64,000 bases of DNA from the human T2T-CHM13v2.0 reference genome, Homo sapiens. The stretch lies in NCBI RefSeq assembly GCF_009914755.1, contig NC_060938.1; one strand, written 5' to 3'. The translations under genes were made by a program, and so were the position numbers. Below are positions 29,431 through 42,250 of this stretch, in pieces (within the stretch, counting starts at the first letter, position 1; each line of letters opens with the position of its first letter). Under the pieces are notes generated by a model. The model was given only the letters and a program-made list of their open reading frames with translations, ran no database searches and was not told the origin of the DNA.

Positions 29431-32425
29431 GTGACAGGATCCAATTCACACATAACAATATTAACCTTAAATGTAACTGTGCTAAAAGCCCCAGTTAAAA
29501 GACACAGACTGGCAAATGGATAAAGAGTCAAGACCCATCGGTGTGCTGTATTCAGGAGACACATCTTATGTGCAAAGATACATATAGGCTCAACACAAAG
29601 GGATGGAGGAATATTTACCAAGCAAATGGAAAGCCAAAAAAAAAAAAAAGCAAGGGTTGCAATCCTAGTCTCTGATAAAACAGACTTTAAACCAGCAAAA
29701 ATCTAAAAAGACAGACAAGGGTATTACATAATAGTAAAGGGATCAATGCAAACAGAAGAGCTAACTATCCTATATATACGTACACCCAATATAGGAGCAC
29801 CCAGATTCCTAAAGCAAGTTCTTAGAGACCTACAAAGAGACTTAGACTCCCACAGAATAATAGTGGGAGACTTTGACACCCCACTGTCAATATTAGATCA
29901 TCAAGACAGAAAATAAACAAGGATATTCAGGACTTGAACTCAGCTCTGGACCAAGTGGACCTAATAGAAATCTATAAAACTCTCCACCCCAAATAAACAG
30001 AATATACATTCTTCTCAGTACCTCATCACACTTATTCTAAGATTGACCACATAAATGGAAGTAAAACACTCCTCAGCAAATGGAAAATAATGGAAATCAT
30101 AACAAATAGTCTCTCAGACCACAGTGCAATCAAATTAGAACTCAGGATTAAGAAACTCAGTCAAAACCACACAGCTACATGGAAACTGTACAACCCACTC
30201 CTGATTGACTACTGGGTAAATAACAGAATTAAGGCAGAAATAAATAAGTTATTTGAAACCAGTGAGAACAAAGACACAACATACCAGAATCTGTGGGACA
30301 CAGCAAAAGCAGTGTTTACAGGGAAATGTATAGCACTAAATGCCCACAGGAGAAAGCAGGAAAGATCTAAAACTGACACCCTAACCTCACAATTGAAAGA
30401 ACTAGAGAAGCAAGGACAAATGATATCCTTTCTTCTGATTGATTGATTCGGCTATTGATACTTGTGTATGCATCATGAAGTCCTAGTGCTGTATTTTTAG
30501 TTCCCATAACAAACCCACAGGCATTATCATACTGAATGGGCAAAAGCAGAAAGCATTCCCTTTGAAAACCGGCACAAGACAAGGATGTCCTCTCTCACCA
30601 CTCCTATTCAACATACTATTGAAAGTTCTGGTCAGGAAAATCAGGCAAGAGAAAGTAATAATGGCTATTCAAATAGGAAGAGAGGAAGTCAAATTGTCTC
30701 TGTTTGCAGATGACATGATTTCATACTTAGAAAACCCATCATCTCAGCCCAAGATCTCCTTAAGCTGATAAGCAACTTCAGTAAAGTCTCAGGATACAAA
30801 ATCAATATGCAGAAATCACAAGCATTCCTATACACAAATAATAGACGAACAGAGAGCCAAATCACGAGTGAACTCCCATTCACAATTGCTACTAAGAGAA
30901 TAAAATACCTAGGAACACAACTGACTAGGGATGTGAAGGACCTCTTCAAGGAAAACTACAAACCACTGCTCAAGGAAATAAGAGAAGACACAGACAAATG
31001 GCAAAACAATCCATGCTCATGGATAGGAAGAATCAATATCATGAAAATGGCCATACTGCCCAAAGTAATTTATAGATTCAATGCCATTCCCATCAAGCTA
31101 CCATTGACTTTCTTCACAGAGTTAGTAAAAAACTACTTTAAATTTCACATGGAACCAAAAAAGAGACCGTATAGCCAATCCCATTACTGGGTATATACCC
31201 AAGCATAAAGAAGAAAGCTGGAGACATCATGCTACCTGACTTCAAACTATATTACAAGGCTACAGTAACCAAAACAGCATGGTACTGGTACCAAAACAAA
31301 TATATAGACCAATGGAACAGAACCTCAGAAATAATGCCACACATCTACAACCATCTGATCTTTGACAAACCTGAAAAAAAAACATGCAATTGGGATAGGA
31401 TTCCCTATTTAACAAATGGTGTTGGGAAAACTGGCTAGCCATAAGCAGAAAATTGAAATTGGACCCCTTCCTTACACTTTATACAAAAATTAACTCAAGA
31501 TGGATTAAAGACTTAAATGTAAGACCTAAAACCATAAAAACCCTAGAAGAAAACCTACGCAATACTACTCAGGACATGGTCATGGGCAAAGACTTCATGA
31601 TTAAACCACCAAAAGCAATGGCAGCAAAAGCCAAAATTGACAAATGGGATCTAATTAAAGAGCTTCTGCACAGCAAAAGAAGCTATCATCAGAGTGAACA
31701 GGCAACCTACAGAATGGGAGAAAATGTTTCCATCGGACAAAGGGCTAATATCCAGAATCTACAAGGAACTTAAACAAATTTAGAAGAAAAGAACAAACAA
31801 CCCCTTGAAAAAGTGGGTGAAGGATATGAACAGACACTTCTCAAAAGAAGACATTTATGCAGCCAACAAACATATGAGAAAAAGCTCATTATCACTGGTC
31901 ATTAGAGAAATGCAAATCAAAACCACAATGAGATACCATCTCATGCCAGTTAGAATGGCGATCATTAAAAAGTCAGGAAACAACAGATGCTAGAGAGAAT
32001 GTGAAGAAATAGGAACGCTTTTATGCTGTTGGTGGGAGTGTAAATTAGTTCAACCATTGTGGAAGACAGTGTGGCAATTCCTCAAGGATCTAGAATCAGA
32101 AATACCGTTTGACCAAGCAATCCCATTACTGGGTATACACCCAAAGGATTATAAATCATTCTACTATAAAGATACATGCATACATATGCTTATTGCAGCA
32201 CTATTCACAATATCAAAGACTTGGAACCAACCCAAATGCCCATCAGTGACAGACTGGATAAAGAAAATGTGGCACATACACATCATGGAATACTATGCAG
32301 CCATAAAAAGGAGAGTTCATGTCCTTTGCAGTGACATGGATGAAACTGGAAACCATCATTCTCAGCAGGCTAACAGGAACAGGAAGCCAAACTCTGCGTG
32401 TTCTCACTCATAAGTGGGAGCTGAA
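29431..32425 (+). pseudogene. Disrupted L1 ORF2p (EN, partial RT, C-terminus)
   Basis: Start codon mutated to GTG. Motifs [22 protein letters not shown] and LFADDM are present. Many frameshifts; about 1 kb missing at 30420. Confidence 0.92.
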
Positions 32426-32976
32426 CAATGAGAACACATGGACACAGGGAGGGGAACATCACACACCAGGGCCTGTCGGGGGTGGGGGGCTAGGGGAGGG
32501 ATAGCATTAGGAGAAGTACCTAATGTAGATGACGGGTTGATGGGTGCAGCAAACCACCATGGCACGTGTATACCTATGTAACAAACCTGCACGTTCTGCA
32601 CATGTATCCCAGAACTTAAAGTATAATGAAAAAAATGCAACTTTATGTTTCAGCCTAATTTATCAAATTTCAAGTTGGCCAATTCTGATAGTTGTTAGTG
32701 TTTGAATTCAGTATGAAAATTCAGTAATAATGGAATTGTTCTTTGGGTAGTAGTCACAAATTAATGTCACCAAGAAATAAGCCACTTATATGAGTAAAAT
32801 TAAGGTTTATTTAAGGCATCATAACAGAACATTCATCACAAAGTCAACATGTCTTTTATATATGTTGTATTACATGTCTTTTATACATGTGGGTAGGTGT
32901 CTATCTTGGCTAGTATTAAGAGTTCTCTTGATGATTTGCACAGATTTTTAGATTCCACAAAATATATAAGAATTGT

Positions 32977-33420
32977 TGCATTAGTTGCCTGAGGCTACCG
33001 TATCAAATTAGCACACACTTTGTGGCTTGAAAAAAACATAAAGTTTATTTTCTTACAGTTCTAGATTCCAGAATTCTGAAATCCAGCTGGATTGTTGTAC
33101 TCCCCACAGGGAGTCTAGGACAGAATCTGTTTCTTGCCTCTGCCAGCTTCTAGTAGTTGCTAGCTTGCTTGTCCTAAGGCCAAACCCCAGTTTTTGCCTT
33201 AAGCTTAATATCAACTTCTTTTCTGTGTCTGTTTATTCCTTTGTGGGTCTTTTGTAAGGACAATTGTCATTGGATTTAGGGCCTACCAAGATAATCCAGG
33301 ATGATACATTCTTACTTTACTGCATCTGCAAAGACTCTTTTTCCAAGTAAGGTAATATTTGCAGGTTACATTAGAGGATTAGAACATATTTTTTTCAGAG
33401 CTACCAGTAAACCCATTACA
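32977..33420 (-). mobile_element. MLT1 (MLT1B/C-like) solo LTR
   Basis: tgcattagtt...tttattttcttacagttctag...cattggatttagggcc...ataatccaggatga...cccattaca. Confidence 0.8.
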
Positions 33421-34319
33421 GTAGTATCCTGGATTTCCCCTGAAGGATCTGAGGTGGTTCTTAGGGACAAGAAAGATTATGATAAATTTGGTTTTAGTTT
33501 GATTCTACTTACGATAGCATGCTCATACATGGAGTAGGCAAACGATGCTTGCGAAAAACTGCTCCCTCTGTCCTCTGGTCTCCTGGTACATGATGAATTT
33601 AGTTTCAAACGAGACAAGAAACTTGTACCAGGATATAAACTTTAATTGACAAAGTCTTTCTAGGAAGAAAATGTCAGCCAAACAAAATAGAGTGTTTAGA
33701 GATTAAGTAATTTACATTCTGGAATGAGTTTCCTGCCTTTTAGCAGGCTAGTAATGATTTACAGAGCAGAAGTTTGTATACCTTTGTTCTAGAGGGTTTT
33801 CATATTAGGCTTCTTTCTAGTTTTCCTATTGTCTGAGAGATCGCAACTTTGTTTTGAGTAAAGGTGATTAAAAGTCCACATCTTTTACAGATATTTCACT
33901 TTCGAGGTTAATTTGTAGAAAAATTATAAGTTGTGATTTAATTTTTACTTGCTGGGAACATATACACCCTGAAGGCTTTGATTTTACCATAAAAAAATGT
34001 TGATCAGTTATACCTAACTTGACATTTTAAATTCAGTATTCCTTTCCCCTTTGGATTTGTCATCCCAAATCATCAACCCCCATCTTGTCTCTGTTGATTC
34101 TTAAATAAAACTAAAATTTTAACATGTGATTATTATCTTTATTACAATTACTTTTAACAATTTGAAAATCATGCTTTTTATATTCCTTTTAATATGAATA
34201 AAATTGTCTAAGATTATCTGGCAACATTTGGCTATAAGCTTCCCCCTTTCAAATATTAGAGATATTTTTTATTAGCAGGTTTCTCAGCAAAGGGTTTGTA
34301 TTTCACATTTCAGTTAGAA

Positions 34320-34580
34320 TTACTTCATTCATTCATTAAGCCAGCATTTCTTGACATTGTGGATACAGAGCCTCCTTAGGCATATTTTACCCTTAAGAAT
34401 TAACAGACTGATAATGGATATAAAGAAAAACACACATAGTTATAATATAATTTGATACTGGATAGTTATAAACATCATGAGAGGACATAGGAGGCATATC
34501 TAATTCAAGTGAAGGATCCAATATTTCCTAGGGGAGATGACTTCTTGAGGTAGGTATGGAAGGAAAATTAGGAATCCATT
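34320..34580 (-). mobile_element. L2 fragment
   Basis: cattcattcatt tail followed by L2-like antisense sequence. Confidence 0.45.
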
Positions 34581-35135
34581 CACTGCTGAATTCTCCTTAG
34601 CCACTATCTGTCACTCTAAAGGAATGTTTATTATATTTGATAAAAAAGAGATAACATCGGCACCTCAGCTTTTTCTACTAAGATCTGGTATGAACTTTGG
34701 AACAGACATAGGGCAGCATGGATAGCTCCAGAAGCTAAATAAAGGAGCTGCTAGGTAATAGAAAGAAGATACTTTAGAGCAAGTGAAAAGACACCTCAGT
34801 AAGTCTTCACCTCTTTTATCATGTATCTTGGTATGTGAAGGCCATTATTCCCATAGTTTCATTTTTTTAAAAAATCTCAAGGGATGTTTATGACAGTGTG
34901 ATTTAGACTGAAGTAGGTAACTTATAAACTAAGATGCATCAAAACTAATTATGATCATTTTTGCTTCTTTTCCATTCTTTTGTGCATCTTGCCTTATGCA
35001 TCACTCTTCAAGACACTGCCCCAACTTCTTCAGGTGGTTTTCTCCCTTACCAGGGTAAGCAATGTACTTAGCTTTGTCATATTAATAGGTTGTATTTCTG
35101 ATATTTGAGAAGCAACCATTTGACGAGATTAAGTT

Positions 35136-35878
35136 TGTTACAGGTAGTTAGACAGGCATGATCAGGGCAGGAGAGGGCTGTCCCCACCCACCCACCAGGA
35201 ATGTCAGGCAATCAGGTGATGATTCAAGGATTGTCACATTGCCTCTCTAAAAATAATAATATTTGGTAGCTGACACCAGGGAGAGACAATCTCCCACTGA
35301 TCCACAGCTGTTAATATTAAAGTGTTAATTGAATGCAGGCATCAGGGAGAAGCAAGAAGGGCTTCCAGTAAAATCTCAGGTATTGGGTAAGTAAGCCCAA
35401 GCATGTTCATTAAGAGACAGAATTTTGGAGAATGAGCTTCCAGGGGCACTCCACTGGAAAAGGGAAGAAAGCCTCAGATGGGCATGCATACGATTTCCTA
35501 AACACACTGCTCAGGCTCACTTCCCAAGGATAAGGAGTGCACTGCGCATACAGGGAGCCCATTCTAAGGTAAGAATCACGGGAAAGACAGGCAAGACACT
35601 GGAGGTGGGCCACCCTATAAAGTTGTAGGATTAAGGTTAAACAGAGCACTTGCTCTTCAAATGGACCACTTGGCGCTCTCTCAAGTGCACTTTCCTTTCT
35701 TTCCCGTGCTAAAGCTTTTTAATAAACTTCCAATCCTGCTCTGAAACTTGGCCTCAGTCTCTTTTTCTGCCTTATGCCCCTCAGTCGAATTCTTTCTTCT
35801 GAAGTAGGCAAGAATTGAGATTGCTGCAGACCCAGATGGATTCACCACCAGAAACTCAAATACCTTCCACTAGTAACA
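35136..35878 (+). mobile_element. MER50-like ERV1 solo LTR
   Basis: tgtta...taaca termini. Starts ggtagttagacaggcatgatcagggcaggagagggc. TATA ctataaa at ~35615 and aataaa at 35721. Confidence 0.8.
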
Positions 35879-37493
35879 AACTGGTGAAGGAAGAGTTGAT
35901 AATCATAGTTTGGCAGCTTCACAAGCCAAGTGGCTTGAGTCTTGGTTTAGATAAAAGATGAGACTCTTCTTCTTTGACTCCTTAAAGTCTCATTTTTTTG
36001 AGTCAGTTGAGTGGTGGGCTTTTCTCTGGTATTATCTTTGTGAATGTGCAAAGCAAGATTTGAAGCTAATCTCAAAATACCATACAACTTTTTGTTGTTG
36101 ATGCTGTTATTGGCATAATGATTTACTGATTAAAAGGAGACTGTTGTTCAGGCGGCAGGACTGGCAACTCAGTATGTGGTTTGCTTATAAACCTGTGAAC
36201 ACAGAAATTTCTGCTCCTAGTAGGTAAGGATTTTATCTTTTCCTAATCATTAAAGATGTGTTTGCATTAGCATATGGAGTGAAATACAAAGGTTCTATCT
36301 TAAATAAATGAAACAATTTGTCACTGCATGTGGCAAGACTTCCTCCCTGTGATAATGAATACTTGTATAGGAGAGGAAACTGCAAAGAACTGGGAATTGA
36401 AATACAAAGAAGGGAGCTGAATCTTACCTTACTGAAAACAGAGCTTTTGTTTTTAAGTGTAAATCTACCATTTATTATATCCTCTGTTGAGATAAATGTA
36501 TTATTCAATGTGTTTTAACTACGACCTTGAAAAATTACAAAGAAATGTATACTGCAAAAGAGAAAAAATTAATTAGGCTTAACACTAAAAGAGTTTCTTT
36601 TGTTTAAATTATCTAAAGTAAAAAGAAGTATTAAGCCTTTGTGAAATGAACTTTGACTCCTTTTCTAATTATCAAGTGAAAATTTCCATAACTAATTATT
36701 TGTTTTACAAAGATAAGTTTCCAAACCCGTAGTGCACTTGGAATAAGATTCATTAAATTACATAATTTTATGCTGAAACTACATCTTAGATTTATGGAAA
36801 GGAAATTTTCACAACTATTCCCATAAATAAATAGCATACAGAGTGAATAACCATACTTCGAAGGAATCTGATAAATGTAAAAATAGAACAACTGTCTTAA
36901 TTTTACATCGTACGGAATCTTGCAAACCAACATGTAAGACTCTGAGACATTCATTATTGTTTATAAAATAATTGCAATGATAGAGTTTAAACGTTAAAAT
37001 ATATCTGCCATGAGAATTACAAATTATAGACTTATTATAAGAATAAAGTTTTATGTAATTGTGGGAGAGACTGGGGAAAAAAAAATCTAAGGGAGATTTG
37101 GGAGATCAGGGAAAAGTCACAAATCAGTCCTACTAAAATAACGATTTATGCAAAAAAGTCAGGAGTTGCAGGGGATTCTGGGAAGCCGGTAATGTAGAGC
37201 TGCCAAATAAAATGGAAACATCAGAGAAGTAAAGGGAAAATATTTGGGGAAATTGTTCACATTGCATAAATCCTGCTTTTAAAGGTCTTCAGCAGAACAT
37301 CTGACTGTGGGCTTCAGTTTCTTTTCAGCCACAGGGCTGGCAGTGAGAAGAGCTGAACACAGAGTAACACAAAATGGAACCAACTCTTTTTGACTGTCAC
37401 AGCATTCAATTTAATCACCTTCAAAGAGTAATGGTAGCTGCTTAACTTCTGTCTTCTAAATGTGAAACAATTTCTTATTTTGGCTAACTCTAA

Positions 37494-38146
37494 TCACAGT
37501 GACAGGAGGCAGTCATATGCCTAGGTAGATAGGGACAGGTCCTCAGTGAAACCCCACCTCCAAGGAAGACAGTTTAAAGCCTGAAAGCCAAGCTACAAGT
37601 CAAATCCACAGACTGGATTAAGAACCTGTCTTCCCATTTGGCAGGCTTTCCTCTGAGTGATCCCCACCCTTCGCCTCTTTTACAGATACCTACCCTTTCC
37701 TAATTGGTTTTCTATAGTCGTGCCCACCTTTGCACCATGTCTTCTCTTTAACCTTTTTTGCATACTCAAAGCCAATCAGCATGCACTCCCCATTCTGAGT
37801 CCATAAAATTCCTGGACACAGCCACACTGGAGGAGAAACCCACCTGAGTGCAGGGGTGAGGAACCACGCCTGTGGCCCCTCTCCACTGAGAGCTGTTCCA
37901 TCACTCAATAAAGTTCTTCCCCGCCCTCCTCGCTCTTTGAACTGTCAGTGTATCCTCATTCTGCTTGGATGAGGGACAAGAGCATGAGAACCACCAAATG
38001 CAAGTACAAGTTATACCACGGGCAGGCCAAGTCGGTGGGGTGCCTCCAGTGGCAGGCCCGGCCTGAGTGAGGCCTGGGTAGCAGGGGGGTGTTGCTAATT
38101 GTGGAGGTCCCTGGTTGGCAAAGTGGCTGAGAAAAATCCTGCATCA
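37494..38146 (+). mobile_element. ERV1 solo LTR of the MER52/LTR27-29 group
   Basis: gacaggaggcag...gtgaaaccccacctccaag. CCAAT boxes, cataaaa and aataaa (~37907). Ends gcatca. TSD ctaa/ctag. Confidence 0.75.
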
Positions 38147-38954
38147 CTAGGCTGGAGGATATAAAATATGAAATTCCAGGCAACAGTTTTAACATAACTA
38201 AGTTGACAGAGTACATACTGCTACATAGTGGAATATAAATTATATAGACTTCTAAGTAATGGCTAAGAAAAATAATTGAGACAAGTGCATAGAAATTAAT
38301 CTAGTAACAACCACATCAATTCTGCTTTTACCATTATAGAAAGTGTAAGTTATAGAAGACAGAAATGTGTATAATGGTAATAAATTAAAATTGCAGAGAC
38401 TATTGGATTAAATTTAGTAGCATCTGAGAAAAAACTCAGATAACGGTAGGTAAACATGAATAAATTTACTTTGAGGATGAAAAGAACAAGCTCATTGATG
38501 GTCTAATTGTTTTTGATATGGAAAAATATTAGGGTTAATAGAAAATAGAAACATTTTAAATTGTTAGCAAAATTGTTATAGAAATCTCTCCAAAAACATC
38601 TTACATAAACTTAGTGAGGTCATTCTGAATGGAAAATGAATGAGAGTAATATGAAGATTTCATCCACGCAAATCATATCTTCTTTTACATGGATGGACCT
38701 TCCTGTACGGGAATACACTGGAACCTCAAAATCAGAATTTCAGGACAGTTTTGTCTTACGTGGGAACAGGGAGCAAAAGAAGGTAAGCAGAAAAAAAATA
38801 AGAGGTGACAAAATATTTTTATCTTGTTTCATCTTTTTTTCCCAACAATACATTTTTTTAAAATTTTAATCCTGCAGAACTTTATAGTAAACAACCATAC
38901 ACTTTTTACTCAGGTTGACAAATTGCTAAGAGTGTGCAGTTGTTTTGCCTATAA

Positions 38955-39025
38955 ATAGATAGATGGATGAATACATACATGGATGGATGGATGGATGGAT
39001 GGATGGATGGATGGATGGATAGATA
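38955..39025. repeat. (GGAT)n/(GATA)n tetranucleotide repeat
   Basis: About 10 perfect GGAT units at 38981-39020. Confidence 0.95.
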
Positions 39026-39034
39026 GAGATAAAG

Positions 39035-39515
39035 TGTGTTTAAAAGACTTTTTAGCTCCTCATATCAAAGGCAAAGTTGGTATCCCAACGGCTTGAATCT
39101 GGGGTGGTCTTTTGTCTTGCTTTGATCCATGGAATGCAGCAGAAGTGTCATCATGTGAGTCTTCAATCTAGGTCATGAACTCTTAGAAGCTACCACTCTC
39201 CTCCTATTGGAAATCTGCTGTGATAGGAATATACTCCAGCTAACCTTCACAAAGTCCACGTAGAGCATAATTAAGGTGCTCAAACCAATAGCCTACAAAG
39301 CACTAGGCATGTGAATATAGTGATCCCAGATCATCCACTCCCAGAAGAAATGTCAGGTGACTGACTCCATTATGATTGAGCTCAGGAAGATGAGCAGGAT
39401 CATCCTTCTGAGCCTTTTCCTTATTGGCAGCCAGAAATTTGTGAGTTAATAATTGATTGTTACACTAAGCCATTAAGTTTGGGGTCGTTTGGAATAGAAA
39501 AGTCTAAACAATACA
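39035..39515 (+). mobile_element. MLT1 (F/G/H-like) LTR
   Basis: cttgaatctggg...ttgctttga...gaatgcagcagaagtg...taagccattaagtttgggg...aataca. Confidence 0.7.
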
Positions 39516-40374
39516 ATCGATAAATGACTGCTTTAGCCATTACTCAGTGAGTAACAGACCTAAAAATTCTTCATTGTTAAGTACTTCAGCATATAACTTC
39601 CAAGAATATATAATTTCAGTGTAATTTTCATACTCAAGTAAGTTAACTGATTAATATTATCTACTATACGTACTGAAGTTTTCTTAGTTCAGTGATGTTA
39701 GTTATATCATTTTCAGCTTTTATTTGGTATAATCAAGGATCAAAAATAAATTTATTAGTCATGCCTCTTTAATATCCTTTAATCTAAACGCATACCCTTA
39801 TTCTTATAGTGTTTTCATTTTTTACAATCCTTGCCAATTTTTTTGCAGAATATTTCTCAATATAGATTTTTCAAATTATGTAGTTATGATTGGATGTAAG
39901 TAAAGCATTTTTGATAGATAAGACCTATATGATGCCATCTACTTCCCAGTGTATTACATTAAAAGGCACATGATTTCAGTTTATACTGAAATTGGTATAA
40001 AATTCATTATGCTAATTTCGATCATTGGGTTTAAGTGGTGTCTGATTTTATTACTTTTTTAGTACATCTTTATTTTTAATCACAGTAAGAAAGTCATTAC
40101 CCATATCCAGGTCCCAGGTGAATCTACCCATGCTGTGTATATATGTATTCTTTTGATTCTTTATGATTTGAGGTACAGATCCAATTATACATTTTCTTAA
40201 ATGGCTACTCAACTGATTTATACCATTTATTAAATATTATTATAGCATTGGCTTGATATTTCATCTTTATCACAAATTAAATATCCATATTACTGGGTGG
40301 GTCAGTCTATTTTGACTTTCTGTTTTGTGCCTCTCTCTACTCTTGAAGCAATATTGCTTAATATAGAAGCTCTA

Positions 40375-40562
40375 AGGCAATACAATCCAGTAGACTTTTG
40401 GAGGTAATGGAAATGTTTCATAGCTGCATTGTGCAAAATGATAGCCACTTGAAATATGGCCAATATGACTGATAAACTGAATTTTTATTTTATTTACTTT
40501 TAGTTAATTTAAATTTTGACTTACAAAGATATTTGTGACTAGTGGCTACTGTACCAGAGAGT
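40375..40562. mobile_element. MER3 (hAT-Charlie)
   Basis: tccagtagactttt...aatggaaatgtt...agccacttgaaatatggcc...actagtggctactgta. Confidence 0.7.
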
Positions 40563-40769
40563 ATACTATCAAGGGTGTTCTATATTTGTCAGGGGTCAAC
40601 TGTCCTCATTGCTTTCACTTTTGATAGTTTTTCTAGAATTTATCGAATGTCCATTTTTCATATATAATTTAGAACTGACTGTTCCCTAATCTCAGATAAA
40701 GAATGTTGATATTTTATTGGCATTATATGAAAATATATAAATTAACTTAGAAAAAATTAACATATATGT

Positions 40770-41305
40770 TTCCATAGTAAACAATTTAACCTTGTCCAAA
40801 AAGAGGTCTGACCTTTGCCTTCAAATTCTAGGACATGACTTAGGGTGGCGGCATTGGGTCATGCAATATCAGGTTGAACTGCAGAGGGGATAGAGACTGA
40901 GGTCAACCTTCAATAAAAATTATGGACACCAAGACTCCGGTGAATTTCCTTGGCTGTCAATATTTAATGCCTATTGTAACATAGTGTTAATGTTATACAT
41001 GACTTTACTGGAAAAGGACAACTGAAAATTCTGTATTTGGAGCTTTCCTGGACTCTGCTTTGTGGGTCTCTTCCCTTAGCTGATTTCAGTGCATGCCCTT
41101 TCACTGTAATAAATGATAACTATGAGTATTGACAGCTTTCTGTGAGTTTTGTGAGTCCTTCTATTCAATTATCAAAGCTGAAGGTAGTCTTGAGTACCCC
41201 AATACTTGCAACTGATGTGCGAAGTAAGGGTGGTCTTGAGGACCCCTAACTCTTCAGTTGGTGTCTGAATTAGAGTGATCTTGTGGACTGTTTTCTAACC
41301 TCACA
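40770..41305 (+). mobile_element. MER21-family LTR
   Basis: aatttaaccttgtccaaaagaggtctgacctttgcc...gtaataaatgataactatgagta...gagtccttcta. Confidence 0.7.
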
Positions 41306-42194
41306 ACATGACAATGCATTTCATCCAAAGAATGCATTTTCAGTTGCTTAAAGCTATTTTTATATGATTTGAGTTTTTTATGGCTTTTCTTATATAGATT
41401 TTGACCTTTTTTTTCTAATTTTATTCCTAAATGTTTTTTTTTCTTTCTTTTATTTTTGGAATACTGCTAGTGTTAGAAGAGTTTTCCCTTCTGTCTTATC
41501 TCCTAACTAGTTTTTGTTTGAGTATATGAAGGCTACTACGCTAATTGTATATTTGGTTACTTTGGGAATTATTTGCCTTGAGTTAGTTCTATGATTATCA
41601 AATATTTTTCAGGTATATTATTAGTTCTTGTGGAAATAGGGATAGTTTTATCTTTTCCTAATTTCTGCCTCAAATTCTTGTCTCTTTTCTAATTGTATTG
41701 GATAAATTGAATAGACACACATGTAAAGTATCTATGAATTCCTATTTTTATTCTTTTTTTCAATCAAGGATGAGAGTTGCATTTTATGATTGTCTTTATA
41801 TCAATGAATATGATGAAATATGTTAATTTATATCATAATATAGAATTGTCCTTTCACTCTTGTATTCCTAGGGTAAAATCCTAGATGGTTTTTCTGTAAG
41901 AAATTCTCAATGTACTGCTCTAATATATGTGCTGATATTTTATTTAGGGTTTTTACACTGATATTTGTAAGTGAGATAGGTTAGCTTTCTTTCCATTTTC
42001 TTGTATCATTTTTTGTAAAATTTATCAAGTATGGGTATCAATGCTACATTTTAAATGTAAATTTGAGGTTTAATATGTAAATTTCAAGTTTTTCACCATT
42101 TTTATTTTCTGGAACAATTTATATAACATTGGGATTCACTGGTGTTTGAAGTTTGATATTGTAAAAACATCTGGACCTGGTAAATTGGTGAATT

Positions 42195-42250
42195 GTGTGT
42201 GTGTGCATGTGTGTGTGTGTGTGTGTGTGTGTGTATGCAAGAGAGAGAGA
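42195..42250. repeat. (TG)n-(GA)n microsatellite
   Basis: Direct inspection. Confidence 0.95.

Larger units (their letters stand above)
27010..32636 (+). mobile_element. Near-full-length L1PA7/8-like LINE-1 with internal ORF2 deletion
   Basis: 5'UTR caagatggc...cagctccagtctgcagctccc. ORF1 and ORF2 remnants. L1PA7-type 3'UTR (taatgtagatgacgggttgatggg). Degenerate TSD ending tttcag. Confidence 0.95.

Noticed and set aside
27010-32636. Retrotransposition-competent L1
   Set aside because: Stops and frameshifts in both ORFs, a mutated ORF2 start and about 1 kb deleted.
36960-37490. Possible old LTR upstream of the MER52-like LTR
   Set aside because: I could not assign a family or termini with confidence.
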